A stretch of 64,000 bases of DNA from an uncultured Gammaproteobacteria bacterium (GCA_964491475.1 CAZBFO010000003.1:8766-72765), one strand, 5' to 3'; positions 29,511 to 39,196 are shown, numbered from the stretch's first letter. The notes: generated by a model not told the origin, from the letters alone. A program made the numbers and translations.

Positions 29511-29996
29511 ATGCGCTGTCCCGTCTGCAATTTCGAAGACACCCGAGTCGTGGACTCCCGCATCACGCAGGACGGTTTGAGCATCCGCCGACGTCGAGAA
29601 TGCATGGAGTGCGAGTACCGCTTTTCGACCGTCGAGGAAACGGAAATCCTGGACCTCGCGCTGGTGAAACGTGACGGTCGCCGCGAGCCGTACCAGCGCC
29701 AGAAGCTGGAAAACGGCCTTCGCAAAGCGCTCGAGAAGCGCCCATACGAGGCGGAGGCCTTCAATTCGCTGGCCGGTTCCATCGAACGCGACATCCAAAA
29801 GCTGAAGAAAGACGAAATCACCAGCGAGGAGATCGGTGAAATCGTGATGGAGCACCTCAAGAAATTCGACACCGTCGCCTATATCCGGTTCGCCTCCGTT
29901 TATCGGTCGTTTGCCGACGTGGCGACTTTCCAGCAGGAGCTGGATAAGCTGCTGGTGAAGGATGCAGCCGGAGTACGGCGCAAGAAGGCAGCTTGA
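29511..29996 (+). CDS. nrdR: Transcriptional repressor NrdR
   Basis: MRCPVC..VVDSR..IRRRRECMEC, ATP cone, VAYIRFASVY. Confidence 0.97.
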   Translation: MRCPVCNFEDTRVVDSRITQDGLSIRRRRECMECEYRFSTVEETEILDLALVKRDGRREPYQRQKLENGLRKALEKRPYEAEAFNSLAGSIERDIQKLKKDEITSEEIGEIVMEHLKKFDTVAYIRFASVYRSFADVATFQQELDKLLVKDAAGVRRKKAA

Positions 29997-30116
29997 CGGA
30001 CGGAAAAGAGACATGGGCCGGTCCCGTGTTTTTTGATTCCCGCCGAGCCTTCACGAAAGCCGATTTTTTTGATATACTTAGGGCAATTAAGTCATTGCGT
30101 TGCCGCACGATTGCGT

Positions 30117-31556
30117 ATGATGCCCAAGAAGCGAACGAAGATCGTCTGTACCATTGGGCCGGCTTCGCATGACCCCGAAATGATGGAAAAGATGGCGCTG
30201 GCCGGCATGAACGTGGCTCGCCTCAACTTTTCGCACGGCACGCACGACGATCATGCCAAGACGGTCGCCGCGGTTCGCGCCCTCGCGGCCAAGCTGGGAA
30301 CGACCATCGGTATCCTTCAGGATTTGCAGGGGCCGAAAATCCGCGTCGGCAACCTGCCGCAGGACGGCGTGATGCTGGTCAAGGACGAGATGGTGACGTT
30401 TACCACCGACGCTTCGGCGCAGATGCCCAAGATTCCCGTCACCTACGACAAGCTGCATCAGGACGTGAAGGCCGGCGACGTCATTCTGCTGGACGACGGA
30501 CTGCTGGAAGTGCGCGTAGAGAAGGTGGAGGGCACGGACATCGTCACCCGCGTGGTGAACGGCGGTCCGCTGACTTCGCACAAGGGCTTCAACCTGCCGA
30601 CAGCCACGCTTTCCGTGCCTTCGGTGACCGATAAGGACAAGGACGACCTCAAGTTCGGCGTTTCGCAGCGCGTCGATTGGGTGGCGCTGTCATTCGTGCG
30701 TACCGCCAAGGAGATTCATGACTGCCGCGCGATGATTGCCCAGTTCGAGAAGGAATTGGGACTGTCCGACGCTCATTCCATCCGCATCGTCGCCAAGATC
30801 GAGAAGCACGAGGCCATCAAGAACATCGACGAGATCATTGATGCCGTCGACGCCATCATGGTGGCACGGGGCGACTTGGGCATCGAGACGCCGGCGGCCG
30901 AGGTGCCGCTGGTTCAGAAGACCATCATTGAGAAGTGCCTGGCTGCGGCCAAGCCCGTCATCGTAGCCACGCAGATGCTCGACTCGATGATACGCAATCC
31001 TCGCCCCACCCGCGCCGAAGTGTCCGACGTGGCCAACGCCGTCATCGACCACACCGACGCCGTGATGCTTTCGGGCGAATCAGCCTCGGGCAAATATCCT
31101 CTCGAAGCCGTCGAGACCATGGCCAACATCGTCACGGAGACCGAGGCGTCGCATTTTGACGACCTTGCGCCCGTCATCGGCGGCACGAAGCGCAGCTCCG
31201 AAGCCGCCATGTCGGAATTGGCCAACATCCTGTCGCATGAAGTCGCCGCCAAGCTCATCCTGGTATGCTCGGCCTCGGGCGACACCGGCCGCGCGGTCAG
31301 CCGTCACCGTCCGGAACTGCCCATCGTGGCGGTGTGCGACAGCGAACGTGTCCGCAACCAGTTGCAGCTGTCCTGGGGCGTCGTGCCGATGCTTCTGCCT
31401 GCCTTCGCCAGCGTCGAGGAGATGATCGTCGGGGCGATGGCCCGTCTGAAGGAGCAGCAGCTTGCCGTCCCGGGTGACAAGATCATCGTCGTTTCTGGCG
31501 AGCCTGTAGGTTCGTCGGAGGGGGTGAACCTGGTCGAGCTGCGGACCGTGGCTTGA
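30117..31556 (+). CDS. pyk: Pyruvate kinase
   Basis: TKIVCTIGPAS, RLNFSHG, DLQGPKIR, IMVARGDLG, ATQMLDSM, MLSGESA. Confidence 0.97.
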   Translation: MMPKKRTKIVCTIGPASHDPEMMEKMALAGMNVARLNFSHGTHDDHAKTVAAVRALAAKLGTTIGILQDLQGPKIRVGNLPQDGVMLVKDEMVTFTTDASAQMPKIPVTYDKLHQDVKAGDVILLDDGLLEVRVEKVEGTDIVTRVVNGGPLTSHKGFNLPTATLSVPSVTDKDKDDLKFGVSQRVDWVALSFVRTAKEIHDCRAMIAQFEKELGLSDAHSIRIVAKIEKHEAIKNIDEIIDAVDAIMVARGDLGIETPAAEVPLVQKTIIEKCLAAAKPVIVATQMLDSMIRNPRPTRAEVSDVANAVIDHTDAVMLSGESASGKYPLEAVETMANIVTETEASHFDDLAPVIGGTKRSSEAAMSELANILSHEVAAKLILVCSASGDTGRAVSRHRPELPIVAVCDSERVRNQLQLSWGVVPMLLPAFASVEEMIVGAMARLKEQQLAVPGDKIIVVSGEPVGSSEGVNLVELRTVA

Positions 31557-31572
31557 GCGAAAACGAAACGAA

Positions 31573-31598
31573 AATCGGCCGGCTTCCGCCGGCCGATT
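31573..31598. terminator. Hairpin between convergent genes
   Basis: AATCGGCCGGC-TTCC-GCCGGCCGATT-type inverted repeat. Confidence 0.6.
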
Positions 31599-31599
31599 G

Positions 31600-32355
31600 T
31601 CATTGCGACGGCATGTTTCGGAGCGCATCGTCATCGAAGAACGTCTCGTTCGCCTTATAGGCGCCATGGTTGAGGACCTCGCAGCTGCCGTCACGTTGCG
31701 TTCCGCACTTGTAAGCGTCGGTGCCGGTGCGCTTTTGGAAATCGAGCACGTAGCCGTTGCTGGTGGCGGATTCGGCGTTTTCGCAGCGAAGGAGGAACTG
31801 GCTTTCGGGAGACGCGCCGTTGCCGGTGACGGTGCAGACGGACGGGGAGACGTCGTTCACCAGATTGAAGTCGTCAGCCGTGATGGCGATCGTGGCGGCC
31901 TTCGGGTCAGCCTCGCTCATGATGCCGAAGGCCACGCTGCCGGTGAAATTCGGCAGGTGCTTCACGGCCAGGAACAGGATGCGCGGATCGGCACTGTCAT
32001 CCGCGCAGGCGTCGGACAGTTCGTAGCCGTCGTCAATGAGCGAGGCGAACTTCTTGCTGACTTCCAGATAGGGCAGCACGGCCTCCGTGCGTTCGGCGTC
32101 GGTCAGGTCCTTTCGAATTGGCGTCTGGCCGCAGGCTTCAAGCATGCTCCGAGCGCTTTTGACGTCTGCTTCCGTTGCAGGAACGGCACCGGCCGCCTTG
32201 GTTTTGGCGGCTTGTCGGACCTGGTCAGAAAGAGTGCCGATGGAATCGTGGAGGCTGGCGATGTCGCCGTTTCGGAAATACAACGAAGCGCCTATTCCCA
32301 CGCAGGCGACGAGCAGGATGATAATGATGACGGTCTGGAGCCTCTGGATGGTCAT
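31600..32355 (-). CDS. Membrane-anchored hypothetical protein with paired cysteines
   Basis: N-terminal TM (VIIIILLVACVGIGASLYF) and a soluble domain with several Cys. Confidence 0.7.
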   Translation of the reverse strand: MTIQRLQTVIIIILLVACVGIGASLYFRNGDIASLHDSIGTLSDQVRQAAKTKAAGAVPATEADVKSARSMLEACGQTPIRKDLTDAERTEAVLPYLEVSKKFASLIDDGYELSDACADDSADPRILFLAVKHLPNFTGSVAFGIMSEADPKAATIAITADDFNLVNDVSPSVCTVTGNGASPESQFLLRCENAESATSNGYVLDFQKRTGTDAYKCGTQRDGSCEVLNHGAYKANETFFDDDALRNMPSQ

Positions 32356-32456
32356 AGGGCTGCTACGCCAAAAATACCATATTTGACCCCACTTGGGCCA
32401 CATTATGGCCGAAAACAGTGGAAAAATGGCCAGGTCGCGAGAAGAACCAGGGGGAC

Positions 32457-32485
32457 TTGAAAGAAAAAGCGACTTCGACTACAAT
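32457..32485 (+). promoter_or_regulatory. Sigma70 promoter of tRNA-Asp
   Basis: TTGAAA-17 nt-TACAAT. Confidence 0.6.
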
Positions 32486-32517
32486 AATCCCACTGTGAAT
32501 CCTGAAATGGATATCGT

Positions 32518-32595
32518 GGGTCCGTGGTGTAGCCCGGTTAACACGTCTCCCTGTCACGGAGAAGACCGAGGGTTCAAATCCCTTCGGACCCGCCA
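32518..32595 (+). tRNA. tRNA-Asp(GTC)
   Basis: GGGTCCG/CGGACCC acceptor stem, TCTCC-CTGTCAC-GGAGA anticodon arm, GGTTCAAATCC, CCA end. Confidence 0.96.
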
Positions 32596-32630
32596 CGAAA
32601 ACACCTGCCTCAACGCAGGTGTTTTCGTTT
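32596..32630 (+). terminator. Intrinsic terminator after tRNA-Asp
   Basis: CGAAAACACCTGC/GCAGGTGTTTTCG. Confidence 0.75.
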
Positions 32631-32724
32631 GCGCGTTCGCGGATTGACCCGGCCTCGGTTTTATGCTTAGCTGTGACGGCAGCGGCGTTCCTTTCGCAAA
32701 AACGAACAAGACAGGAGCATCAAC

Positions 32725-33222
32725 ATGGGCACGTACCCTCGCGTCACGTACAACCCGGATGGCGGCATGGACCCCAGGGACAGCATCTTGGGCGGTCATC
32801 TGCAGATCACGGCGTTCGAAGACAAGTGCATCGTCTGGCAGCTGGTAACGTGGGGCGGCAGGGAGTACACCGGCCGCTACGTCCGCATCTTCGGCTACCG
32901 CTGTTCGCAGACGCGCGACGAGCCGGGAGGGCTGAAGTCGTTTGAGGTCTTTCCCATCGACCGTGAGAGCAGCAGGCGCGACGCCGAGGACGTGGTGGAC
33001 GAGCAGCTCCGCAAGCACGACGCGCGTCGGCACGACTCGATGAACATCTCCATCGGCTTCTGGCCGCGCAACGCCAAGCCCGAGACCTTCCATGTCATCG
33101 GCACGCATCCTTCCAAGCTGGTGCCGATTCCTCCGACGTATCAGGCGCCGTACGCGTCGCCGGACGGTACGACCATTCACTATCCGCCGGGAACGTACCC
33201 GGGCAACGGATACATTTCTTAG
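32725..33222 (+). CDS. Hypothetical protein
   Basis: AGGAG SD and GC3-biased ORF; no recognised family. Confidence 0.65.
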   Translation: MGTYPRVTYNPDGGMDPRDSILGGHLQITAFEDKCIVWQLVTWGGREYTGRYVRIFGYRCSQTRDEPGGLKSFEVFPIDRESSRRDAEDVVDEQLRKHDARRHDSMNISIGFWPRNAKPETFHVIGTHPSKLVPIPPTYQAPYASPDGTTIHYPPGTYPGNGYIS

Positions 33223-33307
33223 GCGGACGCCATGCCTGGCACCTCTGGCACCCGTAGCGGTTGACCGTTCGTGACTTTCGCGCTATACACCAGCCGGAGG
33301 AAGCAGG

Positions 33308-33718
33308 ATGAAACCCGCATACGCGATGTATCTTCTGCAGGTCGAATGGACCTGGGACCACAGCAACACCGAGTTCGCCACGATCACCGTGGAGGGCCGT
33401 GAAGGCTGCCGCTACGAACCCGAATTCGAGCGTCTGCTCGATCCGGACTTCCCGCAGGTTCGCAAGTCGGGAATGATCGAGGAACTCAATGCTGTCGCCC
33501 AGGCAGTCGCCAGGGGCACTCCCGGCAGTTGCAGGGTCGTCCGCTTGTACCGAATCGAGGATGCCGTCGGCATCCTGAACGGCGGTCAGCCCAATGGCGC
33601 CTTTGCCGCAGGGAGCTTGGCCGTCATGCAGATGACTCTGCGCCCCGTGTGTGAGTTCGATTCGGAAGGAGCACCCATCGCCCCGAAGGGGCAGAGCGTC
33701 GAGCTGCCGGCGACATAG
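33308..33718 (+). CDS. Hypothetical protein
   Basis: GGAGG SD; followed by GACGCCGAT/ATCGGCGTC-T-run terminator. Confidence 0.65.
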   Translation: MKPAYAMYLLQVEWTWDHSNTEFATITVEGREGCRYEPEFERLLDPDFPQVRKSGMIEELNAVAQAVARGTPGSCRVVRLYRIEDAVGILNGGQPNGAFAAGSLAVMQMTLRPVCEFDSEGAPIAPKGQSVELPAT

Positions 33719-33821
33719 ATTTCCCGTTCACCGACTCGGACGCCGATACCATCGGCGTCTTTTTTTGCCAAAAAGAAAGCGCCCCCGGCATAAGGCCGGG
33801 AGCGCTGTGGGTGAGTCGCCT

Positions 33822-34211
33822 CTACTTGATGTCCTCATACACGACGACGGTGCAATCCGGGTCGGTGACGAGGGCGTTGTCGACGATTCGGATTTGGTCG
33901 CGCCGGCACTTCGACGCGTCGACGAGCTTGAGCTTCCGCTGCGGTGAGCCGGAGAAGACGGTGCGCGTGAGCGGCGTCTCTGCCGAATCGCCCTTTGAAG
34001 GCGCGTTGCAGGCGTGGAAGATTCCGGCGCCGGCGACGATGGCAGTGATGCCGAGGATGGCGTAGGTCAGGAACCGGCGCTTCGCCCGCACTCGCGGCAC
34101 GATGACCGTGGTCTCCTCGCGGGAGGTGTCGGTCGGCTTGGTTTCGGAAGGCTCCGCGGGCTTCGTCGTCTCGTTCTGCGCGGTCATCGGTTCGGTATTG
34201 GCTTGATGCAT
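33822..34211 (-). CDS. Single-TM hypothetical protein
   Basis: AGGAG SD, TM (YAILGITAIVAGAGIF), own promoter upstream. Confidence 0.65.
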   Translation of the reverse strand: MHQANTEPMTAQNETTKPAEPSETKPTDTSREETTVIVPRVRAKRRFLTYAILGITAIVAGAGIFHACNAPSKGDSAETPLTRTVFSGSPQRKLKLVDASKCRRDQIRIVDNALVTDPDCTVVVYEDIK

Positions 34212-34282
34212 TGCAGCTCTCCTGGTGGAACGTACGGGTAACCCGTTTTTGCGGGTGATCCCAAAGCAAATGGGAACTCCGC

Positions 34283-34311
34283 AATCTAGCACAAAAAAGC
34301 CGTTTTGTCAA
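34283..34311 (-). promoter_or_regulatory. Sigma70 promoter, conserved-spacer class
   Basis: TTGACA-AAACGGCTTTTTTGTGC-TAGATT. Confidence 0.7.
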
Positions 34312-34368
34312 CGCGGGGAGGCAATATCCAAACGAAAACGACCCCTTTTCGGGAGGTCGTTTTTTGGC

Positions 34369-34719
34369 TTACTGCTTGTTGGAGGCTTCGTAAATCATCC
34401 TGAAGGCTTCCGGGTGGCTGCCAGCGATCTGCGAGAGAATCTTGCGGTCGATGGTGATGCCGGCCTTCTTGAGGTTGCCCATGAACTTGCTGTAGGAGCC
34501 GCCGAGCGGGCGAACTGCCGCGCTGATGCGGGTTTGCCACAGGCCGCGCATGTCGCGCTTCTTGAGGCGGCGGTCGCGGTAGGCGTTCTTGCCGGCCTTG
34601 AGGATGGCGACCTTGGCAAGCTTGAGCTTGCTCTTGCGCCCCCACATGTAGCCCTTGGTCTGGGCCATGATGTTCTTGCGGCGCTTGAGGTGTGTTTTTC
34701 CACGTTTAACGCGAGGCAT
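34369..34719 (-). CDS. rplT: 50S ribosomal protein bL20
   Basis: MPRVKRG, AYRDRRLKKRDMRGLW, IDRKILS. Confidence 0.98.
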   Translation of the reverse strand: MPRVKRGKTHLKRRKNIMAQTKGYMWGRKSKLKLAKVAILKAGKNAYRDRRLKKRDMRGLWQTRISAAVRPLGGSYSKFMGNLKKAGITIDRKILSQIAGSHPEAFRMIYEASNKQ

Positions 34720-34728
34720 AGGCGGAGT

Positions 34729-34917
34729 TTACTGCTGGAGCGTCAGCTTCTTAATGCTCTTGGCGAAAGCGGGGTGCTGGGTCTTGTCACGGCGCTTGTT
34801 GCGCGTGGTGTTGCCCGATTCGCGGGTGTTGAAGTGGGCCTGACCGGCGGCGCGCTTGAGGATCTTGCCGCTCTTGGTCACTTTGTACCGCTTGGACATT
34901 GCTTTGTGGGTCTTCAT
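34729..34917 (-). CDS. rpmI: 50S ribosomal protein bL35
   Basis: MKTHKAMSKRYKVTKSGK; lies between infC and rplT. Confidence 0.95.
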   Translation of the reverse strand: MKTHKAMSKRYKVTKSGKILKRAAGQAHFNTRESGNTTRNKRRDKTQHPAFAKSIKKLTLQQ

Positions 34918-34976
34918 AAAATGGTGTTTTGACCAGAGAACCTGCGCTAGGCGCAGGTCCTGTAACTCCACGGATA

Positions 34977-35525
34977 TTACGCTTTTCCAACGATACTTGT
35001 CAACTGCCCGCCCTGGCGAAGCACCGGTTGTTCGATTTTGAGGGGGACATCCTTGTTCAGGAGGGCAATAAACTGCTGAATTACTTGGGTTGCCAGCTCT
35101 CCAAAGCGCTTTTCGCGGCCTCTCAAGATGATTTCTGCCTTCACTTTGTTGCCTTCGGCCAAAAACTCCTTGGCCTTCTCCTTGCGGACTTCCATGTCAT
35201 GCGGGGCGATGCGCAGAGAAAGGCGGATACCTTTCACCTCGACGGTCTTTTGCTTGGCCTTTTGCTTGCGAGCCTCCTTGTCTTGCTCGTATTTGTAGCG
35301 TCCAAAATCGACGATTTTGGCTACAGGAGGCTCCGCCTTGGGCTGAATGACGACCAGATCGAGATCGCGCTCTTTGGCCTTGGAAATGGCGTCAGCGGTA
35401 GGCATGACACCGACATGGACGTCGTTCTCATCAATGACGCGAACCTCCGCAAAGCGGATAAGCTCGTTCACCGAGTACATGACTTTTTGTGGCTTCGGTT
35501 TGAAGCGTCGGCGGGAGATTCGCAA
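34977..35525 (-). CDS. infC: Translation initiation factor IF-3
   Basis: NELIR..EVRVID, PPVAKIVDFGRYKYE, KVKAEIILRGRE; TTG start. Confidence 0.96.
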   Translation of the reverse strand: MRISRRRFKPKPQKVMYSVNELIRFAEVRVIDENDVHVGVMPTADAISKAKERDLDLVVIQPKAEPPVAKIVDFGRYKYEQDKEARKQKAKQKTVEVKGIRLSLRIAPHDMEVRKEKAKEFLAEGNKVKAEIILRGREKRFGELATQVIQQFIALLNKDVPLKIEQPVLRQGGQLTSIVGKA

Positions 35526-35641
35526 GGTCGTACTGGTTAGCGATGGATATGTGGCTCATCATAGGGAAATTCTTGCCGTTTGTAAAGAGGTGACGGGCAA
35601 ATGGTCCGGTTAAGGTCTGGTTTTGCTATACTTGCGCTGTT

Positions 35642-37453
35642 ATGCGGCTTTTTACCGTACGTTGGGACAAAAAGTTTCCATCTTGGGCAGTTCCTTTGTT
35701 TTTGGGGAGTTTTTCGTTCTTTGCCTATCTTGAGACGCTGCCAAGTACGATTTCATTCGAGGATAGCGCGGAATTCGTGACCGCATCGGCGAGCTTGGGC
35801 ATCGCGCATCCATCCGGTTATCCGCTGTACGTGCTTCTCGGTCACCTGTTCAGTCTTTTGCCCTTTGGGACGGTTTCATGGAGGGTTGCCTTGCTTTCAG
35901 CGGTATGTGCTGCGGCGGCGGTGGCAGTCCTTTTCGTCGCTGGGCGTGAAATTGTCGAGTTTCTGGGCAGGCGGGCTGATGCAGCCACCGAAATGGTGAT
36001 GGCCGGCTGCTCGGCAGCCTTCGCGCTTTCACCGTTGTGGTGGAGCCAGGCCGTGTACGCCAAGGTGTACGCATTGCATGTCCTTCTTCTCGGGCTGGTA
36101 GCTTTGTACTTATTACGATGGGCAACGACGAATTCGGAACGAAACATCTTCCTTGTAGCTTTGTTTTTCGGTCTCGCCTGCGCGAATCATCTTTTTCTGA
36201 CTTTGGCGGCAGGCCCATGGCTGATTGCGGCGCTGATTATGGGTTCGGGGGAGGGACGGCGTTTGCGAAAGGCCGCGGTCGTCGTCGCCGGGGTGGCCGC
36301 AGGCATGCTGCCGTATGCGTATATAGCGCTGCGGATGCCGACGGCGCCGTATGCGACGGTAACCTTCGATCATGCCGCGCAGCTGCTGAAGTTCGTTCTC
36401 CGTTCCAATTATGCCGACGTGGGCGTCGGCGGAGGAGAAAAATTCTGGCTGCTCCTGATCCTCTGTGCGAATGCGTTGGCGGACGTGGGCATGGGAGTCG
36501 CGGCGTTGGCAACCTTTGGCGCCCACGGTCTCGTGCAGCGAGGCATTCGGCGTCAGGCGAGAGCTGCAGGCATTTTCTGGCTCGGCGTCATCGCCGTGCC
36601 GCTGTTCATCGTCGGTTTCCGGTCGATCGGTTTCTCCGGCGAGGCAGCCTACCTCTATCGCGTTTACGGCCTTTCGAGCGAGGCGTTTGTGTCAGCCTTG
36701 GCCGCCGTCGGCATGGCGGTCATCTGGCAATCGGCTGCAGCTCGACGTTTCGGGGTCGCACGATATGCGCTGTCGATGCTTGCCGTCGCCCTGCCGATTC
36801 TTTCCGCGATAAACGCGGCACCGGCCGTGAGACTGGCAGCCGATCCGTTCGTGGAGCAGTGGCTCCGCTCCACATTGGAAAGCTTGCCGCCGGAGGCAGT
36901 CCTGGTCGTTTCCGAGGAGGGTACGGTATCCGACACCGAGCTGTTCGGTTTGTCGTATCTGCAGGTAACGGAAGGACTTCGTCGCGACGTTACCGTGGTG
37001 ACCGACATGGGCATCCGTCCGCTGTATCGTCCGGAGCTGCCGGCGGGGGAGTCTCGTTTCCCTCTCCCCATCCAGCGACGGATGCTGCTCGAGGCGACAC
37101 TGCGTGATCCCGCCTTGGCGGCGCGTCCGTTATTTACGAGTTTCCCTCCGGAAGTCGTCGCCGCACAATACCGTTCTCGCGCCACGGGCTACGTCTTTGC
37201 TCTCGATGAGGACGCTGCATTGCCGGCGGCGCCGCTGTATCGACTGCCGGCGGATGCGGGTTCGTCCTACGCGGCGGCAAAGATTACGGCCCATCTGGGA
37301 TACCTTGAAGCCGCTCGAATCACCGAAACCGACGGCGTCAGGGCGGCGATGCCTGCGCTGCAAAAAGCCATGAATCTCGATCAGGAACCGGAGAGCAGCG
37401 ATTATGTGGGATTCGTGCGTCATCGCGGGGCGACGGTAGAGGTTGAGCGATGA
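35642..37453 (+). CDS. DUF2723/TMEM260-like GT-C fold membrane glycosyltransferase
   Basis: EDSAEF...LGIAHPSGYPLYVLLG, WSQAV..KVY, LACANH; multi-TM. Confidence 0.85.
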   Translation: MRLFTVRWDKKFPSWAVPLFLGSFSFFAYLETLPSTISFEDSAEFVTASASLGIAHPSGYPLYVLLGHLFSLLPFGTVSWRVALLSAVCAAAAVAVLFVAGREIVEFLGRRADAATEMVMAGCSAAFALSPLWWSQAVYAKVYALHVLLLGLVALYLLRWATTNSERNIFLVALFFGLACANHLFLTLAAGPWLIAALIMGSGEGRRLRKAAVVVAGVAAGMLPYAYIALRMPTAPYATVTFDHAAQLLKFVLRSNYADVGVGGGEKFWLLLILCANALADVGMGVAALATFGAHGLVQRGIRRQARAAGIFWLGVIAVPLFIVGFRSIGFSGEAAYLYRVYGLSSEAFVSALAAVGMAVIWQSAAARRFGVARYALSMLAVALPILSAINAAPAVRLAADPFVEQWLRSTLESLPPEAVLVVSEEGTVSDTELFGLSYLQVTEGLRRDVTVVTDMGIRPLYRPELPAGESRFPLPIQRRMLLEATLRDPALAARPLFTSFPPEVVAAQYRSRATGYVFALDEDAALPAAPLYRLPADAGSSYAAAKITAHLGYLEAARITETDGVRAAMPALQKAMNLDQEPESSDYVGFVRHRGATVEVER

Positions 37454-37480
37454 CGCTCCTCACGGTACAGTGCCCCCGAT

Positions 37481-37924
37481 ATGTCCACGTTGGCCGAAAA
37501 CAAGAAAGCCCGTTTCGAATACGAAATCCTCGAGCCGTTCGAGGCCGGCTTGATGCTGCTCGGCCACGAGGTGAAGTCGGTCCGTGCGGGCCGGATGGCA
37601 CTGGTAGGTTCGTATGTCACCATTTCGCGCGGCGCCCTTTGGCTGGTCGGCGCGCAAATACAGCGCTACCCGCAGGCGGGACCGCTGCCTGATTACGATC
37701 CCCAGCGCACCCGCAAACTCCTGCTGCACAAGCGCGAAATCCAAAAATTGGCCGGAAAAATGGAGCAGAAAGGATTGACTTTGGTCCCTCTTTCTGTCTA
37801 TACTAAGGGGTCGAAAATCAAGTTGTCCTTCGGATTGGCCCGCGGCAGGAAGCAGTTCGAGAAGAAGGACAAGCTCAAGAAGCGCGACCTGGACCGCGAC
37901 ATCCGGCGCACCCTCAAAGGATAG
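37481..37924 (+). CDS. smpB: SsrA-binding protein
   Basis: NKKARFEY, EAGLMLLGHEVKS, RKLLLHKREI, GRKQFEKK. Confidence 0.97.
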   Translation: MSTLAENKKARFEYEILEPFEAGLMLLGHEVKSVRAGRMALVGSYVTISRGALWLVGAQIQRYPQAGPLPDYDPQRTRKLLLHKREIQKLAGKMEQKGLTLVPLSVYTKGSKIKLSFGLARGRKQFEKKDKLKKRDLDRDIRRTLKG

Positions 37925-37945
37925 AAGCCCGCTTCTGTCTTTCGA

Positions 37946-38337
37946 GGGGATGACCGGCATCGACGGGAGTTCGTTTCACGGCATGCCATCCGAGGTCGGC
38001 CGCATCCTCGTAAATCCGCGGTCACCGAACAAGTGCAAACTTGCTCTCGCGCGCGAAGTCGGCCCTGGCTAACGCCTTTGCCCCTTCGTTCGTTCCGGCT
38101 TTCGCTTAAGCGTTAAAGCCCATCCGTTCCGCTGACGTCAGATAAGCGGAGTCCGGGTGTCATTCATCTGGCAGAGCAGTCGCGCCGCACCGACGCGCCC
38201 GCCGAAATTGCATCGGCGCTCGTGGCAGGGGATTTCGTCCGCTTTCCACCCCCGCCAGACCACCAAACGGACTACGATCGTAGAAGTGCCGAGGGATACC
38301 TCACCAGACGGGAGTTCGACTCTCCCCATCTCCACCA
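37946..38337 (+). ncRNA. ssrA: tmRNA
   Basis: GGGGATG/CATCTCC-A-CCA acceptor with G.U pair, 5' TCGAC, T arm GGGAGTTCGACTCTCCC; tag ORF 38035-38109 ANLLSRAKSALANAFAPSFVPAFA*; adjacent to smpB. Confidence 0.95.
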
Positions 38338-38339
38338 AG

Positions 38340-38372
38340 AAAAACGACCGATTGATGATCGGTCGTTTTTCG
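38340..38372. terminator. Bidirectional terminator
   Basis: AAAAACGACCGAT/ATCGGTCGTTTTT. Confidence 0.75.
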
Positions 38373-38389
38373 TACCGCGTTGCGGCGGC

Positions 38390-39058
38390 TTACGGGTTGT
38401 TGTGTGTCTGGATCGGCTGACCGTCCAGAATGGCGTGAATCGGGCCGTTCACGTTGATGAGCGGAACGTTGAGGAACTTGACGGGGACTTCTTGGGCGTC
38501 AGGGGTGTATTGGACGTGTGCCGCGACGATCGTGGGCGCGCCGCCGGTACTCACGGGCTCAACGGTCGCAGAAATGGAAAGCGAAGTGTTGAACTTGATG
38601 GGTACCGTCGTTGAGATGAAGTCTTTGGTAATCTGCCAGCCGGAAACCAAGCCGCTTGCAACTGCGTCCGTGTCGGTATTTGCTCCGACCGTGACCAGCG
38701 GCGTCGCCATGCCGTCCACGTTGATGCTGTACGTCACCTTGTCGCCGGTCCTGGCGCGCTTGGCGCGAAGCGAAATGGCTTGCGTCGCGCCGCCAAAAGG
38801 GGCCGTGCAATTGACAATCTGCTGCGTCGAGGTGCCGGAAGAGCTGAATTGCACTATGCCCGGCCCGGAAGACGCGTTCGACATCAGGATGTCAGGCGAT
38901 CCGCACGATACTGAACCGGCTCCCTGCACCGCCAGCGCGGTAGTCGGCCGGAAGTACGGCAGGCTCAATATTCCGACGACGATCAGCATACCGATTGCCC
39001 CGATAGATACGGCAAGGATGCTGCCGGGCTTGGGGCCATTTATGGTCGATGTGTCCAT
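38390..39058 (-). CDS. Single-TM, beta-rich exported hypothetical protein
   Basis: N-terminal TM followed by a Ser/Thr/Gly-rich beta-type domain. Confidence 0.65.
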   Translation of the reverse strand: MDTSTINGPKPGSILAVSIGAIGMLIVVGILSLPYFRPTTALAVQGAGSVSCGSPDILMSNASSGPGIVQFSSSGTSTQQIVNCTAPFGGATQAISLRAKRARTGDKVTYSINVDGMATPLVTVGANTDTDAVASGLVSGWQITKDFISTTVPIKFNTSLSISATVEPVSTGGAPTIVAAHVQYTPDAQEVPVKFLNVPLINVNGPIHAILDGQPIQTHNNP

Positions 39059-39196
39059 AGGCACTTAGGGTAAAATGCAAAGTACCTTCAGAATAGCATA
39101 TATGCCGATTTTGGCGGAGCCTTACGGTAAGGAGAGGGCGCAGACCTTGCCTAAACGCCCGTTTTAGGCTATCTTTGACCGTTACGCCCCTCAATC

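Noticed and set aside
32518-38337. tRNA-Asp or tmRNA as integration sites of a prophage or island
   Set aside because: No integrase or phage genes, and no duplicated 3' end seen in the window
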